This document shows, one piece after another, positions 53,919 to 62,661 of a stretch of 64,000 nt of DNA. The position numbers and the translations under genes are program-made. The notes under the pieces were generated by a model. The model was given only the letters and a program-made list of their open reading frames with translations, ran no database searches and had not been told where the DNA came from. Position 1 is the first letter of the stretch. Each line of letters starts with the position of its first letter. Where the stretch lies: positions 124,001-188,000 of IMG/VR virus record IMGVR_UViG_3300024308_000016. One strand, written 5' to 3'.

Positions 53919-53969
53919 GCATACTCCCAGAGGTCCCGTCATGGGGCCTCTGGGATGTATGTATGTTTT
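53919..53969 (+). terminator. CATAC...GTATG-bracketed hairpin
   Basis: CCCAGAGGTCCC...GGGGCCTCTGGG, then GTATGTATGTTTT. Confidence 0.78.
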
Positions 53970-54027
53970 AGGCATCACGCCAATTTAGTGTGAAGTACAC
54001 AACTGACCTTTTAAGGAGTGACCCATT

Positions 54028-54948
54028 ATGAATGAAGCGACAATTGTCTTGAAGTCCCAGATCGACCAATCCGTCAACACGGTCGATGCACGTGGGTTCG
54101 AGACTCGGTATGTCGAGCGTGACGAAGGCAAGACCGCCATCATCTATCTGTCGAGCCACGCTGGCTGCGACCGCGCCTGCCGGATGTGCTGGCTGACCCA
54201 GACCGGGCAGACCGATATGACACCAGCGACCATGGATGACTACCTGACTCAGGCAAGGGCGTCCCTGGAAGCGATGCAGGAACGTCGGGCAGCCTCTGGC
54301 CTGGGAGTGCCCGAGGTGGTGCATTTTAACTTCATGGCTCGGGGAGAGCCTATGAAGAACCCCGTCATCCGTGAGAAGTTCGACGAGTTGGCCTCTGCTC
54401 TGGAATCGGGCGTGGCTGCACTGGTCGATGGTTTTACCGGCCAGGTCAAGTTCAAGATCTCCACCATCATGACGGACATCTACGTCAAGGACAAGGATGG
54501 CACCTATCTGGATGGCATGAGCCAGCTGCCGTTCAACCGTTACAAGCCGGAAATCTACTACTCGCTGTACTCCATGAATCCGGAGTTCCGCAAGCGCTGG
54601 TTGCCCAAGGCCGAAGAACCGTTGGACGCACTGCGACTGTTGGCTGCCTACCGTGGCAAGGGCGGAGAGGTGCGCATCCATAGCGCTTTCATCGCCGGCC
54701 ACAACGATGACATGACGGACGTGGCCAAGATGGTGCATACCGTCAAGATGTATGGCTTCAAGAAGTTCAACATCGTACGCTTTAACTCCATCGATACCGA
54801 CAAGTGGGTGGAGACCGATGAGGAATACCTCGAAGGCATCAAGACGTTTATGGAATCGAAGGGCCTGGAAGTGCAGATGGTCTCCCGCGTGGGCACCGAT
54901 GTGGCAGCGAGTTGCGGCACCTTCGTATCTCCGGAGCAAGCACCGTGA
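54028..54948 (+). CDS. RlmN/Cfr-like class A radical SAM enzyme
   Basis: SSHAGCDRACRMC (CxxxCxxC), FMARGEP (MGMGEP-like), FNIVRFN and GTDVAASCG (DI.AACG-like). Confidence 0.88.
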   Translation: MNEATIVLKSQIDQSVNTVDARGFETRYVERDEGKTAIIYLSSHAGCDRACRMCWLTQTGQTDMTPATMDDYLTQARASLEAMQERRAASGLGVPEVVHFNFMARGEPMKNPVIREKFDELASALESGVAALVDGFTGQVKFKISTIMTDIYVKDKDGTYLDGMSQLPFNRYKPEIYYSLYSMNPEFRKRWLPKAEEPLDALRLLAAYRGKGGEVRIHSAFIAGHNDDMTDVAKMVHTVKMYGFKKFNIVRFNSIDTDKWVETDEEYLEGIKTFMESKGLEVQMVSRVGTDVAASCGTFVSPEQAP

Positions 54949-54950
54949 CT

Positions 54951-55370
54951 ATGACCAGCTACCGTGCACCTACTATGGCACGCTACACAGCGAACCACAC
55001 CGAGGCTGACGGAAACCGGGGAGTATTGACCCTGGAAGATGTCAACAGCCGCCGAGTGCTCAGCACCAGCGAGTACGCTATCCGCATGGGAGGAGACCCT
55101 AAGCTGGTGACACTGACCATCACGTGTGCTACTTGGAAACGTGAGACAGCCACTGGTCCCTTCGTCCCCACTGATCACCGGGATGCGGAGTCCATCGCGG
55201 TCAACATCGTCGGCTACATCAAGGAAAACTGCCCGATCTCCGACAAGATCGAACGCCTGATGCTGATCAACACCCGTGTGGCCTGGACCCAGGACAAGGT
55301 ACCCGACATCATCAAGCGTGTACAGGCGATACTGCCTGGTATCACGGACTTCAAGTTCCATGGAGAGTGA
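54951..55370 (+). CDS. Hypothetical protein
   Basis: Start ATG 54951 just after the radical SAM gene stop; about 139 aa. Confidence 0.65.
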   Translation: MTSYRAPTMARYTANHTEADGNRGVLTLEDVNSRRVLSTSEYAIRMGGDPKLVTLTITCATWKRETATGPFVPTDHRDAESIAVNIVGYIKENCPISDKIERLMLINTRVAWTQDKVPDIIKRVQAILPGITDFKFHGE

Positions 55371-55371
55371 C

Positions 55372-56064
55372 ATGACCGAAGAAAAGAAACCAGCATCCAT
55401 CGAAGAGCTGACCGCAGCCTTCAAAAGCCGCATGGAAACCGCTGTCGACCAAGAAGCCGAGATCGTCAAGAAGATCGGCTTTGTGGTGAAGGTGGAATCC
55501 GGCGTGGCCTACACCAAGGAGCTGAAGATCGCGGGCAAGCCCTCCATGATCATCGGCTTCGCTGACCAGCGCTATCTGCACTCCCAGTACCTGGGAGAGA
55601 GCCTGGGTATCGCTGCGGGCAATGCCCAGCACGAAGGTGTGGTGCGCGCTACCTATGACCTGCACGTGATGCTGGACCTGGGCCTGGGCAATGAAGTCAA
55701 CCGCGTACCCCTGGCCAACCGGCTGATGAAGGTCTCCAATGAGCAGATCATTGCCCATATCGAGACCATGGGGCGAGGGCTGCTGCCCCAAGAGGGTATG
55801 GACGTGTATCTGATGCAGTTCGGGGATTACCAAAACCGACTGCCGGGCACCGAAGGCTATGAAGATGTCGGCCAGCTCGCTCCGATGACCGACGATGGCC
55901 TCATGGCCAAGTTCTTCGTGCCCAAGAAGGCACCTTCCAAAAAAGCACCCAGCCTCAACAACTGGCTGACCGGCTACAAGCCTGCAGTCCCGCCTGGCCT
56001 GACCTCCAGTGAACCTCATCCCGACACCGTCCAGACCACCGTCACCCCGGAGCAACCTCAATGA
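55372..56064 (+). CDS. Hypothetical protein, DUF4262-like
   Basis: Start ATG 55372; VAYT..L...G.P..II.G...QFGD..NRLP pattern; family call is weak. Confidence 0.65.
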   Translation: MTEEKKPASIEELTAAFKSRMETAVDQEAEIVKKIGFVVKVESGVAYTKELKIAGKPSMIIGFADQRYLHSQYLGESLGIAAGNAQHEGVVRATYDLHVMLDLGLGNEVNRVPLANRLMKVSNEQIIAHIETMGRGLLPQEGMDVYLMQFGDYQNRLPGTEGYEDVGQLAPMTDDGLMAKFFVPKKAPSKKAPSLNNWLTGYKPAVPPGLTSSEPHPDTVQTTVTPEQPQ

Positions 56065-56528
56065 TCCCCGTTCAGCGCTTTGAAGATCCCAAGAGCCATC
56101 TGGTCAAGACCGCATCGACCATCGTCATCGGAGAGGGCGGCCATACCGTCCATACCCAGCGCCAAGACGGCCGTGGCTTTTACCTGGCTGTGCACTCCCA
56201 GCAGCTGTATCTGGGCGAGCTGATCGTGCACATCTACGACAAGCACGTCACTGCCCGCTGGGTGCCGTCCATGACACAGACCATGCTGTATATCCAGCAA
56301 ACCGGATCGAGCAATGGTGAACGCACGGACACAGCTACGTTGTACCGGGATCTGCTGGGCATGGTGAGGTTTTACCTGATCACCTACTACGGCTATCAGA
56401 TCCCCACTCCCAAGGACGGCCAAGAGCTCGATTTGCTGCTGCTGCGCAAAGTGCAAAGCTCCATCATCTTGCAGTCCAGTGCAGACACCGGACTGCACCT
56501 GGGCGTGGAAGTCGGCTACACCGACTGA
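56061..56528 (+). CDS. Hypothetical protein
   Basis: 155 aa; ATGA overlap with the upstream gene. Confidence 0.68.
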   Translation: MIPVQRFEDPKSHLVKTASTIVIGEGGHTVHTQRQDGRGFYLAVHSQQLYLGELIVHIYDKHVTARWVPSMTQTMLYIQQTGSSNGERTDTATLYRDLLGMVRFYLITYYGYQIPTPKDGQELDLLLLRKVQSSIILQSSADTGLHLGVEVGYTD

Positions 56529-56536
56529 CGCTATAG

Positions 56537-56592
56537 CGCCATACACTCATCTCCCAGACCCGCGAGGGTCTGGGAGATGAGGCATGTGTTTG
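56537..56592 (+). terminator. Hairpin nearly identical in its 5' arm to 48978-49030
   Basis: CTCATCTCCCAGACCC-GCGA-GGGTCTGGGAGATGAG. Confidence 0.8.
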
Positions 56593-56606
56593 TAAACAGT
56601 TATGGT

Positions 56607-56620
56607 CACTTACACTTTAC
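56607..56620 (+). promoter_or_regulatory. Candidate phage promoter element CACTTACACTTTAC (copy 2)
   Basis: Exact match to 463-476. Confidence 0.5.
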
Positions 56621-56661
56621 CTGAGCAGGAATAGGCCTACTCAGTTTTAGTGGAGGACTGT

Positions 56662-57156
56662 ATGTCTTCTTATCTGTCAGCGCCGATCATATCGTCATTG
56701 AGGACGAGTGATCCAACACCGAAGGCAATGACACGCAAGGACGTGTCTGCCCGTATAGCCAGTGGCAAATCTCCCGTAGACTCAGTCTACCAGTATGCCG
56801 TCAGTCTCGCTCACCGGTTCAAGAACCGTCTCAGTTACAAAGTCAAACGCGACTCAGTAACAGGGGAGCCTATATATCGAGTCCGTGGGCGAGAGCTCGC
56901 TCGATCGATGGGGCACTTCTTCAACGGGATCGAGGGCGTGATCGCAAATGGCGAGCTACACTACCTACACCCCAACCCGCACAATGGTGCGGACTTGAGC
57001 TTCGATCTGTATCGGTACGTATGTGACCAGACCAGTTTCGAAGACAGCGATGGAGAGCTAAGCCGCCGTATAGCGAACCTGGCTCCAGTCGAACGTAGCA
57101 TAATTCTTAACCCCCTGAGCCCGAGGGCTCAGGGGATCTCGAAGGCTACATGGTAA
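56662..57156 (+). CDS. Hypothetical protein
   Basis: ATG 56662 with a GGAGG SD; atypical codon usage; a GC hairpin lies inside its 3' end. Confidence 0.55.
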   Translation: MSSYLSAPIISSLRTSDPTPKAMTRKDVSARIASGKSPVDSVYQYAVSLAHRFKNRLSYKVKRDSVTGEPIYRVRGRELARSMGHFFNGIEGVIANGELHYLHPNPHNGADLSFDLYRYVCDQTSFEDSDGELSRRIANLAPVERSIILNPLSPRAQGISKATW

Positions 57157-57272
57157 AAAACGAAGTCGATACCCCTAGGGGCTGAGCTTCGGAGAGACTG
57201 AATAATCACTTCAGTCTCTCTGCCAAAGAATGTATTGTATCAATCAATTTCATAGGAGATCATAAGCCACTA

Positions 57273-57316
57273 CCCCACTACCCTTGCGGGTAGTGGGGAG
57301 CAGTGCTCTTTTTTTT
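57273..57316. terminator. Terminator at the dnaB 3' end
   Basis: CCCCACTACCC-TTGC-GGGTAGTGGGG; T-tract on the + strand and a GCAA loop on the - strand. Confidence 0.8.
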
Positions 57317-57319
57317 GTC

Positions 57320-58849
57320 TCAGAATCCGAAGATCGCAGCACTTTCGTTGCTGACCGCTCTTCCGATCCGCTTGACACCGATACACTCCATACCGATATC
57401 ATCGGGCACAGGCATCTTTCCCTTGAACGGCATGAAGAAGAACTTGTCGTCTTCATCCAAGATACCCGGGATACGGTGCTTGTCACGGCAAAACGCTTTG
57501 TAGGCCAGTCCGTCCTTCTTGACGATGTGCACGTAAAACGCGCCATCGAACTCTCGGTCCAGACCCTTGCAGTCTTGCCAGTAGCCCTTCATGGTGATGT
57601 AGGGCAGCAGTGTCTCATCAGTGACGACGCCTCGGGTGAGGTTACGAGCTTCTGTGGACAGCTGGTGAGGGGTCAGGAACAAGATGCCCCGGGAGCGGCA
57701 GAAGTTGCGTACTCGGCGAAACAGATCTTGCAGCTCCGTACCTGCGGGTCCTTGCCTGCAGCCAGTAGTCGGCATCATGGACAGATAGTCCACCATGAGC
57801 ACTTGCACATCGCACCCTTCAGACTCCAGCTTGTTGACGTAGTTGAACAAACTGCGAAACGTCCACTCCGAGGGGTTGACGTCAATCATGCGCACATCGT
57901 AGCCGGAGTCCACGAAGTGCTTGGAGACCACCCGCAAGATCTCGTCTGGTGCAACCGTCTTGGGGTCGATGTTGCCGCAGTCCGGATCGATGTTGACCAT
58001 GATGTCCTTGTACAGGTACTGGAAGTTAGTGGTCAGTGGATCTTCCATCGTGATGCGGGCAATCGTAGGCCGTTTGCCGGGTTTTCGGACAAAGGGCTTG
58101 TTGTACTGGGCGAACTGTCTGAACAGCGTCAGCATCGTACCGGTCTTGTCCATGTGGGGCAAAGCGCCCACCGCCCACGTCTCGCCTTCCCGAAAGCCAC
58201 CCTGGGTCATGATGTTGACCTTCTGGTGACCCGTCTTCCAGATACGGTCACCGCTATTGATCTCACCGATACGGTCAGTGATGACCTTAGCGGTCTCGAT
58301 CTGGTCGAACCTGACTTCATCGTTGACTGCGGCATCCTTCTCCACAGTCGTGTTGGTCATGCCTTCGAGCTCACCGAGCAGCGTCTGCAAAAACAGCTTG
58401 TGGTCGGAGATGTCGTCGTTCTTGAAGTTCCATTCCCCGGATGCTTTCCTCAGCAGCTGCCCGATCTTCTCTCTACTTATTAGAGCAGTGGCCTTGTACC
58501 TGAGGGCAGAGACAGATTTGAGGAGAGACAATCCTTCGAGCTTGGCATTGAGGCCTTTCTCCAGAGCCTGGTACCACTTGTCGTCATCGGCGACGTTGAT
58601 GCGCAGCCTGGCTAAGAGGTCGTCCTTTTGAAAGTACGTGACATCGGACGCTCGGCACATATCGACCACGGTCGCTTTAACGGAGTTGACGGCATCAGTT
58701 TCCGTCCCAGAGCCCAGATTCACCTCTGATACTTTGACTAAGTCAAGCAATTCCTTTATGAGTTCAGTGCTGACGCCGCCCTCGTCTTCGAGCAGACTTT
58801 CCCGATAAGCGAGGGTCACGCAGGTCGTCAGTGCTAACTTGTTGTCCAT
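57320..58849 (-). CDS. dnaB: DnaB-like replicative helicase (phiKZ gp118-like)
   Basis: 509 aa; phiKZ-type Walker A GALPHMDKT, LMVDYL Walker B, LTPHQLS and RDKHR motifs; divergent from the capsid operon. Confidence 0.88.
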   Translation of the reverse strand: MDNKLALTTCVTLAYRESLLEDEGGVSTELIKELLDLVKVSEVNLGSGTETDAVNSVKATVVDMCRASDVTYFQKDDLLARLRINVADDDKWYQALEKGLNAKLEGLSLLKSVSALRYKATALISREKIGQLLRKASGEWNFKNDDISDHKLFLQTLLGELEGMTNTTVEKDAAVNDEVRFDQIETAKVITDRIGEINSGDRIWKTGHQKVNIMTQGGFREGETWAVGALPHMDKTGTMLTLFRQFAQYNKPFVRKPGKRPTIARITMEDPLTTNFQYLYKDIMVNIDPDCGNIDPKTVAPDEILRVVSKHFVDSGYDVRMIDVNPSEWTFRSLFNYVNKLESEGCDVQVLMVDYLSMMPTTGCRQGPAGTELQDLFRRVRNFCRSRGILFLTPHQLSTEARNLTRGVVTDETLLPYITMKGYWQDCKGLDREFDGAFYVHIVKKDGLAYKAFCRDKHRIPGILDEDDKFFFMPFKGKMPVPDDIGMECIGVKRIGRAVSNESAAIFGF

Positions 58850-58975
58850 GGATTCTCCAGGGGGATTGGATTGATTTGTTGGTCCTACTGGGATCGACTC
58901 TAGTAGAGTTTTTCCCGTTCACATACCATGATGAACGATGAGAAAATATCGATTTATAGCCCTTAGGAGAGCCAA

Positions 58976-59632
58976 TTGAACACGATCGACCCGCCACAGA
59001 TCAAGCGCCCTTATATCAGCACTTTCATCATTCCCAGCTTTATCGTTGATGCGGCCCGCAAAGCCAACATCAATCTTATGGAACTCACCGACTACCGCAA
59101 GTTGCGCCAGGTGTGTTCCCTGGAAGATATCGCTGTGTTTGCGGCCATCCACGACAACGCCCGCGTCGGCGTGGCGCAGATGTCCACTTTGCCGCTGAGC
59201 ATTCTGATGGCTCGCACCGGTGCTCCCGAGAGGGAGGCCGAGGCCACTTTGACCGTGATGCCCAAGACCCAGGAAATCTTGGCCATCGCCCAAAGCTTCC
59301 TGAGCGAGCCCATCGGTGAGCATACTTATATGTTCACCCTGAACAAGCCCAAGGGGGTCGCAGAAGTTGTCACCAACACTGCGCCAGCAGCAACAATCGG
59401 AAACCCGCAGCAGCCGGCTCCCGATTTGCCATATCAACTGGAAACCATCGACACTAATGTCTTTATTATTGTTGGTCCTGGTTTTTCTACATATGTTGGG
59501 ACTTCTGGCCGCGGAGATACGGCGCAAGCATTTGTGCGTGATTTTATCAAGCACTGCAGCGCCGTCTTCGGGCCGGTTGAAGTCGCAAAGCACCCTCTGT
59601 TCGTCAATTTCCTCACTTCCCTCGCGGGCTAA
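58976..59632 (+). CDS. Conserved protein upstream of the capsid gene (phiKZ gp119-like)
   Basis: TTG start with AGGAG; 218 aa; syntenic. Confidence 0.75.
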   Translation: MNTIDPPQIKRPYISTFIIPSFIVDAARKANINLMELTDYRKLRQVCSLEDIAVFAAIHDNARVGVAQMSTLPLSILMARTGAPEREAEATLTVMPKTQEILAIAQSFLSEPIGEHTYMFTLNKPKGVAEVVTNTAPAATIGNPQQPAPDLPYQLETIDTNVFIIVGPGFSTYVGTSGRGDTAQAFVRDFIKHCSAVFGPVEVAKHPLFVNFLTSLAG

Positions 59633-59656
59633 CCCCGCTTAACCAGGAGATCCCCC

Positions 59657-61870
59657 GTGAACTTCAAAGATCTGATCTCGCCCAGCACCAGCGGGCACGA
59701 ACCGATGGCGATGCCCGCTCAGAAGGTGCGCCAAGCACTGCAGGGCAACCAGGCCATCTCCGTCACTGCCGCCAAGGCCGTGGTGAGCATGGAAAGCCGC
59801 GCCGGCATCCAAGGCGCTGAGCTCGAAAACCTGCACGCCCTGTCCAGCGACATCGGCACTTTCCTGGGCGAAATCAAGGACCGTCTGGTCAGCGCCAAGC
59901 CCAACAAGGAAGGCAAGCTGCCCTTCGGCACGATGACCCACGAATCCCGTGCGGCCGCGGCCATGACCGGTCTGATGATGGCCTCCGACACCTCCATGGG
60001 CGCTCTGCGCGCACAGACCCTGAAGGCGCCGGCCGGCGGCGAAGGCGTCACCGTGGTGAACTTCGAAGGCAAGGGCGGCTTCGACACTCGTCAGTACATC
60101 GTGACGACCGAAGCGTTCAAGAACTACGACCTGGACAACAGCCGCATCTTCTCGACGCTGTTCAACTACAGCATCGTCGACTTCGATGACTACATCCGCA
60201 CGTTCTGGCGCCCCGTCACCATGTCGCCCGACAGCTCCTTCGTCGAGCTGCTGGTCAACGTGCTGACCGTCTTCAACGGCTACGAACACCGCATCGACGG
60301 CGAACATCGCGACTGGATGCGTCACAACCTGGTCCGCGCCATCGCCGACCACACCATCCTGCACACGAACCTGACCGAAGCCATCCCCGTGGTGCGCCCC
60401 GAATCGGCCAAGTTCTTCATGGATCCCGCGGTCGTGCCGCCCACCGACATCATGCAAGCCGGCGACCTGCCCGTCACCACGGCTCCGCTGAAGTTCGGCG
60501 TGGAAAATGCCTCCCTGATCTCCCTGGCCTCTCCCGGCTGGCTGATCAAGACCGGCGCGCTGGACCAGCGTGACGGTATCGACCCCGGCGTCAAGATGGC
60601 CCGTGTGGTGATCGCGCTGGCCAACGACGTGCTGAGCTTCGATGTCAAGGGCCTGCCCGGCTCCGAGTTCAACGAAGCGCCCCAGGGCGACCGCCAGCTG
60701 ATCCAGCTGAACTGGGTCACCACCAGCTTCAAGGTGGACAAGGACACCCTGAACGCCGACGGCACGCCTCTGGCCGACCTGGCCATCGTCAAGACCGGCG
60801 AGTACGTGCTGCGCATCAAGATGAACATCACGCTGACGCTGAACATCGAAACCGGTGAACTGATCTCGAACGCCCAGAGCGCTTCGATCCGCTCGCTGGT
60901 GGACAAGGACGGCAACACCGTGGCGCCCACGGACGCGAACTACATCGCCATCCAGGCCGCTCTGGCCGGCAAGAAGGAAGCCGGCTTCGTGCTGGAAGCC
61001 TATCGCAACAACGAAGACCGTCGTCAACGTGGTCAGCTGATCAACATCCGCCAGTTCGCCGAGAACGTGGTCGTGCCCTGGCGCGATCCGATCGCTGCCG
61101 AGCGTCCCGCCCACGGCTCGACCGAGCAGGACACGGCTGACCTGACGGCCCTGATCTCCGCCACTCGCATCCGCATCCACAACGAAGGCGTGACCGCGCT
61201 GCTGGACGCTGAAGACGTGATCCGTGCCTCGGCCGTGGCTCCCGGTGAAGTGCCCAACTCCACCGAGATCCCCGTCTCGCTGGGCGTCGGCCGCTACTAC
61301 GTCATCCCGACGTACCACCACGAAGAGCTGGACATGCTCAAGATCGTGGACTCGCTGAAGTCCAGCGAGCGCGCCGCTGACATCCAAGCCGCCATCGTCG
61401 CCACGATGCGCAACCGCCTGGCACACGTCTACACGGACTCGCAGTACAAGGCCGCTCAAGACGCCCTGACCGGCGGCACCGGCAGCCGTCCCAAGGTGGC
61501 TGTGGTCTGTGACCCCGTGGTCGCTCGCTACATCATCGAGCCGGGTGAACTGCGCTCGCTGGTCGACTTCGAAATGATCGTGATCCCGATCCTGGACTTC
61601 CGTATGCGCGGCAAGCTGCGCATGGTGTTCGTCTCGGACGACGGCGGCACGGACGTGAACTACCTGAACTTCGGCTACCTCTTCTGGTCGCCCGAGCACG
61701 TTCTGGTGGCCAACATGAGCCGTACCGGCGCGTACAACCGCGAAACGCAGGTCAGCCCGCGCTATCGCTTCTACGTGGCCTGCCCGATCATGATCTCGCT
61801 GGACATCGTCCACATCGAGGAAGCGCTGGCCAAGATGCCGATCAACGTGGACAACAAGGACCGTCCGTAA
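59657..61870 (+). CDS. Major capsid protein (phiKZ gp120-like)
   Basis: 737 aa; propeptide ending VTTE|AF; FW.PVT.SPD motif; C-terminal P.Y.F....PIM...D; strongest codon bias in the window; follows dnaB and gp119 in the conserved order. Confidence 0.92.
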   Translation: MNFKDLISPSTSGHEPMAMPAQKVRQALQGNQAISVTAAKAVVSMESRAGIQGAELENLHALSSDIGTFLGEIKDRLVSAKPNKEGKLPFGTMTHESRAAAAMTGLMMASDTSMGALRAQTLKAPAGGEGVTVVNFEGKGGFDTRQYIVTTEAFKNYDLDNSRIFSTLFNYSIVDFDDYIRTFWRPVTMSPDSSFVELLVNVLTVFNGYEHRIDGEHRDWMRHNLVRAIADHTILHTNLTEAIPVVRPESAKFFMDPAVVPPTDIMQAGDLPVTTAPLKFGVENASLISLASPGWLIKTGALDQRDGIDPGVKMARVVIALANDVLSFDVKGLPGSEFNEAPQGDRQLIQLNWVTTSFKVDKDTLNADGTPLADLAIVKTGEYVLRIKMNITLTLNIETGELISNAQSASIRSLVDKDGNTVAPTDANYIAIQAALAGKKEAGFVLEAYRNNEDRRQRGQLINIRQFAENVVVPWRDPIAAERPAHGSTEQDTADLTALISATRIRIHNEGVTALLDAEDVIRASAVAPGEVPNSTEIPVSLGVGRYYVIPTYHHEELDMLKIVDSLKSSERAADIQAAIVATMRNRLAHVYTDSQYKAAQDALTGGTGSRPKVAVVCDPVVARYIIEPGELRSLVDFEMIVIPILDFRMRGKLRMVFVSDDGGTDVNYLNFGYLFWSPEHVLVANMSRTGAYNRETQVSPRYRFYVACPIMISLDIVHIEEALAKMPINVDNKDRP

Positions 61871-61880
61871 TCGGCGGCGA

Positions 61881-61965
61881 CTGGGCCAAGTGGAGTTATT
61901 CGTAGCTCCCTGGCTCAGCCTGATAGATCCCCTCCCGGAGCTTCGGCTCTGGGAGGGGGTTTATG
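61881..61965 (+). terminator. Tandem UUCG hairpins after the capsid gene
   Basis: CTGGGCCA..GGAGTTA-TTCG-TAGCTCC.TGGCTCAG, then CCCCTCCCGGAGC-TTCG-GCTCTGGGAGGGG ending TTTATG. Confidence 0.75.
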
Positions 61966-62031
61966 TTGTCCTGTCATTTTTGAGCCTTGTGCTCTGATAG
62001 TGTGCCTAGATAAGAGGAGCTTATATCAATC

Positions 62032-62499
62032 ATGTCTAACCAACTTCATCAACACGGCTACGTCAACAAGACGCGGCCGTGTGTATCTGTGTTCTTGCGC
62101 AGTGCCGGGATTCCAGCTACTGCTCTGGGCTCGGTGTCGGGCGCCTCCTACAACACAGCTGTGGAAAAGTGGTTGCAATCGAACTGGACCACTAACTGGT
62201 ATGTGATCAACACGCTGGGCGAGGAACTCACTGCAACGGGCAATCGCTTCTTTCGCGTGGCGTGCTCCAGCAAAGCGTATCTGGGAGCAGCCAACGCCGT
62301 GGGTAAGTTCGCTGTGGCCAACCGCGACGCCATCGTCCATTTGTACTCCACACTGGGTGCTGGCGCGCAGATGGGTAACCATCCCGCTATCTCCAAGGCG
62401 TTCAACTCCATGAGCTATCCGGAGAGGAAAGCCATCATGCGCGCTAACCTCGCCAGGCTTGAGGAAGTGCCTCAGGACGAGCCTCCTGCTAACGGCTGA
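62032..62499 (+). CDS. Conserved hypothetical protein
   Basis: 155 aa; GAGGAG SD. Confidence 0.7.
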   Translation: MSNQLHQHGYVNKTRPCVSVFLRSAGIPATALGSVSGASYNTAVEKWLQSNWTTNWYVINTLGEELTATGNRFFRVACSSKAYLGAANAVGKFAVANRDAIVHLYSTLGAGAQMGNHPAISKAFNSMSYPERKAIMRANLARLEEVPQDEPPANG

Positions 62500-62661
62500 G
62501 CCAAGACACCAGCTCTAATAGAAAGCAGCACCTGTGCGTTCCTAGCAAGAGTATTTGGGCTCGAAACTATAGTTTGGGCACAGAGATTTTTGCCCTAATA
62601 GGCACACCGATTTCCCTCCATGTGAGCTCTTAGGAGCTTGCACTACTTACCCTTTTACACC

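Noticed and set aside
58150-58180. Non-canonical DnaB Walker A (GALPHMDKT) as a sign of a pseudogene
   Set aside because: A deviant P-loop is typical of phiKZ-like DnaB, and the other motifs and the ORF are intact
59639-61813. 724-aa antisense ORF over the capsid gene. Similar long shadows: 466-2031, 7585-9984, 21247-23421, 26485-28032, 29666-31018, 40041-41450 and 44430-46967.
   Set aside because: They mirror real genes whose codon bias avoids TTA/CTA/TCA, which removes antisense stops. They show no motifs and have H/V/G/R-rich shadow composition.
62564-62575. Palindrome AAACTATAGTTT upstream of nrdA as an NrdR box
   Set aside because: Poor match to the 16-bp NrdR consensus, single copy
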